A stretch of 64,000 nt of DNA, taken from Macrostomum hystrix. Taxonomy: Eukaryota > Animalia > Platyhelminthes. The stretch covers positions 14,570,001 to 14,634,000 of the forward strand of contig CATNEN010000001.1 in NCBI GenBank assembly GCA_950097015.1, written 5' to 3'. The notes below the pieces were generated by a model. That model was given only the letters and a program-made list of their open reading frames with translations. It was not told the DNA's origin and did no database searches. How positions within the stretch are numbered: the stretch's first letter is position 1; the number at the start of each line of letters is the position of its first letter. The translations under genes were made by a program, and so were the position numbers. Shown here piece after piece: positions 61,768 through 64,000 of the stretch.

Positions 61768-62232
61768 AACTAATGCTGGGATTGTCAATGTGCATTCATT
61801 GCTTTTACATTTTTCCCTCTGCATAAAACTAATGCTGGGATTGTCAATGTGCATTCACTGCTTTGAAATTTTCCCTCTGCATAAAACTAATGCTGGGATT
61901 GTCAATGTGCATTCATTGCTTTGGCATTTTCCCTCTGCATAAAACTAATGCTGGGATTGTCAATGTGCATTCATTGCTTTGACATTTTCCCTCTGCATAA
62001 AACTAATGCTGGGATTGTCAATGTGCATTCATTGCTTTGACATTTTTCCCTCTGCATAAGACTAATGCTGGGATTGTCAATGTGCATTCATTGCTTTGAA
62101 ATTTTTCCCTCTGCATAAAACTAATGCTGGGATTGTCAATGTGCATTCATTGCTTTGACATTTTTCCCTCTGCATAAAACTAATGCTGAGATTGTCAATG
62201 GGCATTCATTGCTTTGACATTTTCCCTCTGCA
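61768..62232. repeat. 58-59-bp tandem repeat, ~8 copies
   Basis: Unit AACTAATGCTGGGATTGTCAATGTGCATTCATTGCTTTGACATTTTCCCTCTGCATAA. Confidence 0.95.
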
Positions 62233-63269
62233 TTTGTCAGATAAATTTTTCTTTCACGAACGTGACGCGCCTCATCGTGGCGTGAAAGTGAACAGTGCGT
62301 GTTTCAATCTTTTGTACTGGCCAAGACGTCACTACTAGTTAGTCTAGGTGTTTTACAACCTTCTGTACTGAATATCCACGAACCAATCACTTCATATATT
62401 TTATTCTATCTATTCACATTCTTTATACCCAGAAATTTGCTGTTATAGTAGACTCCCTCTCACAAAGTTGACCTATTTTGTCTTGTTTCCGGTACGTAAA
62501 TCAAGAAATCAAAGCAATGAACGCTACTTTTAGTTTAAGATTTAGTATCATTTGCGATTCAGCTCTCAATCTGCGTGTTCTCAATATAATTTCCTGCTTT
62601 CATTCATTTTTTCCCTATGTTCCGTGGTGCACAACTGCTGGACTGGAGAACAATCGCACTCGGCACCAAAAGATGTAGTGGCACTTTTAGGCTTAAATAC
62701 AGGTAAAAGATGCTTTTAATTACTTATATTTGTAACTTATTTATTGAATTTTATATTCAAGTTCAATTCCCACCCTGCCAGGAAATGCGAACTGGACTCG
62801 ACAGTTTAGCTTATTCGGAGGCAGCCTTGCAAAAACAGTGGCGAAGCCTGTCTGTCACGAGCAGAAACCGTAGCCGGCCGTCAGTGTCGGCCACCTTCAC
62901 GATGCGCGGTTTCTCAATGTACGTACGAAATTAATCAATTTTCGACATGTACAGCAAGCAAACCGATGCCTTAAGTACCTAAGTTCAGCCGATTGTACTT
63001 TTGCAAAAACAAGAAAGTGTTTCATGTTTAAGATTTTAACAGTAACGGCATTGAGGTCGATTGCTGGTAATGTACTGTACGTATCGAGTGCAATCGTAAC
63101 AAGTAGCTCTACATGTACCTCAATCTCAGCAAAAATTAGATTAATTGGATGTCAGTATAGAATTGGATTTCTCATCTCAATCTGATACGAATTTAACGCC
63201 AAAAGCCCCATTGTCAGAACTCTGTTTCCTGAAGTGAAAGTGTAAATTAATTGTCATGAGAGTCGAATT

Positions 63270-64000
63270 TAAGCAGTATGTATTCAACTCAGTGTAACCA
63301 CTGATGAATCCGTAAATGTACCCCTACTTCACCATGGTTTCGATAGTCAACTATAAGCAGTATATATTCAACTCAGTGTAACCATTGATGTATCCGTAAA
63401 TGTACCCCCACTTCACCATGGTTCAGATAGTCAACTATAAGCAGTATATATTCAACTCAGTGTAACCACTGATGAATCCGTAAATGTACCCCCACTTCAC
63501 CATGGTTCAGATAGTCAACTATAAGCAGTATATATTCAACTCAGTGTAACCACTGATGAATCCGTAAATGTACCCCCACTTCACCATGGTTCAGATAGTC
63601 AACTATAAGCAGTATATATTCAACTCAGTGTAACCACTGATGAATCCGTAAATGTACCCCCACTTCACCATGGTTCAGATAGTCAACTATAAGCAGTATG
63701 TATTCAACTCAGTGTAACCACTGATGAATCCGTAAATGTACCCCCACTTCACCATGGTTTCGATAGTCAACTATAAGCAGTATATATTCAACTCAGTGTA
63801 ACCACTGATGTATCCGTAAATGTACCCCCACTTCACCATGGTTCAGATAGTCAACTATAAGCAGTATATATTCAACTCAGTGTAACCACTGATGAATCCG
63901 TAAATGTACCCCCACTTCACCATGGTTCAGATAGTCAACTATAAGCAGTATATATTCAACTCAGTGTAACCACTGATGAATCCGTAAATGTACCCCCACT
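63270..64000. repeat. 84-bp satellite, at least 8.7 copies, runs off the window end
   Basis: AAGCAGTAT recurs every 84 bp from 63271. Confidence 0.97.

Noticed and set aside
63270-64000. CTGATGA in each 84-bp unit, suggesting a hammerhead ribozyme satellite
   Set aside because: There is no closing stem II followed by GAAA, so the catalytic core is incomplete.

Overview
This is eukaryotic (metazoan) genomic DNA with GT-AG introns and very dense intronic minisatellites. That style, plus a myosin gene that seems to need a trans-spliced AUG, suggests a free-living flatworm such as Macrostomum; this is an inference and is not verified. Bases 1-25.5 kb hold three host genes that I reconstructed by hand with consistent splice phases: a divergent Onecut homeobox gene (-, 3 exons, ~680 aa), a SENP1/2-like SUMO protease (-, 10 exons, ~615 aa) and, head-to-head with it, a long-tailed class I myosin (MYO1E/F-like, +, 14 exons, ~1139 aa). 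Their introns carry many different minisatellites and copies of a tRNA-headed SINE. Bases 26-64 kb are a repeat and transposon patchwork. It includes two orphan histone 3' stem-loops, a C2H2-finger exon at a fold-back junction with a 16-bp satellite, a truncated Ty3/Gypsy pol, a 5'-truncated RTE LINE and two MITEs with 8-bp target duplications. It also includes a ~4.6-kb TA-flanked TIR element carrying a spliced gene of unknown function, two paralogous unknown genes with independently expanded charged repeats, and a decayed Crypton-type tyrosine recombinase next to an intact LOTUS/OST-HTH ORF. All protein family calls come from recalled motifs, not database searches.
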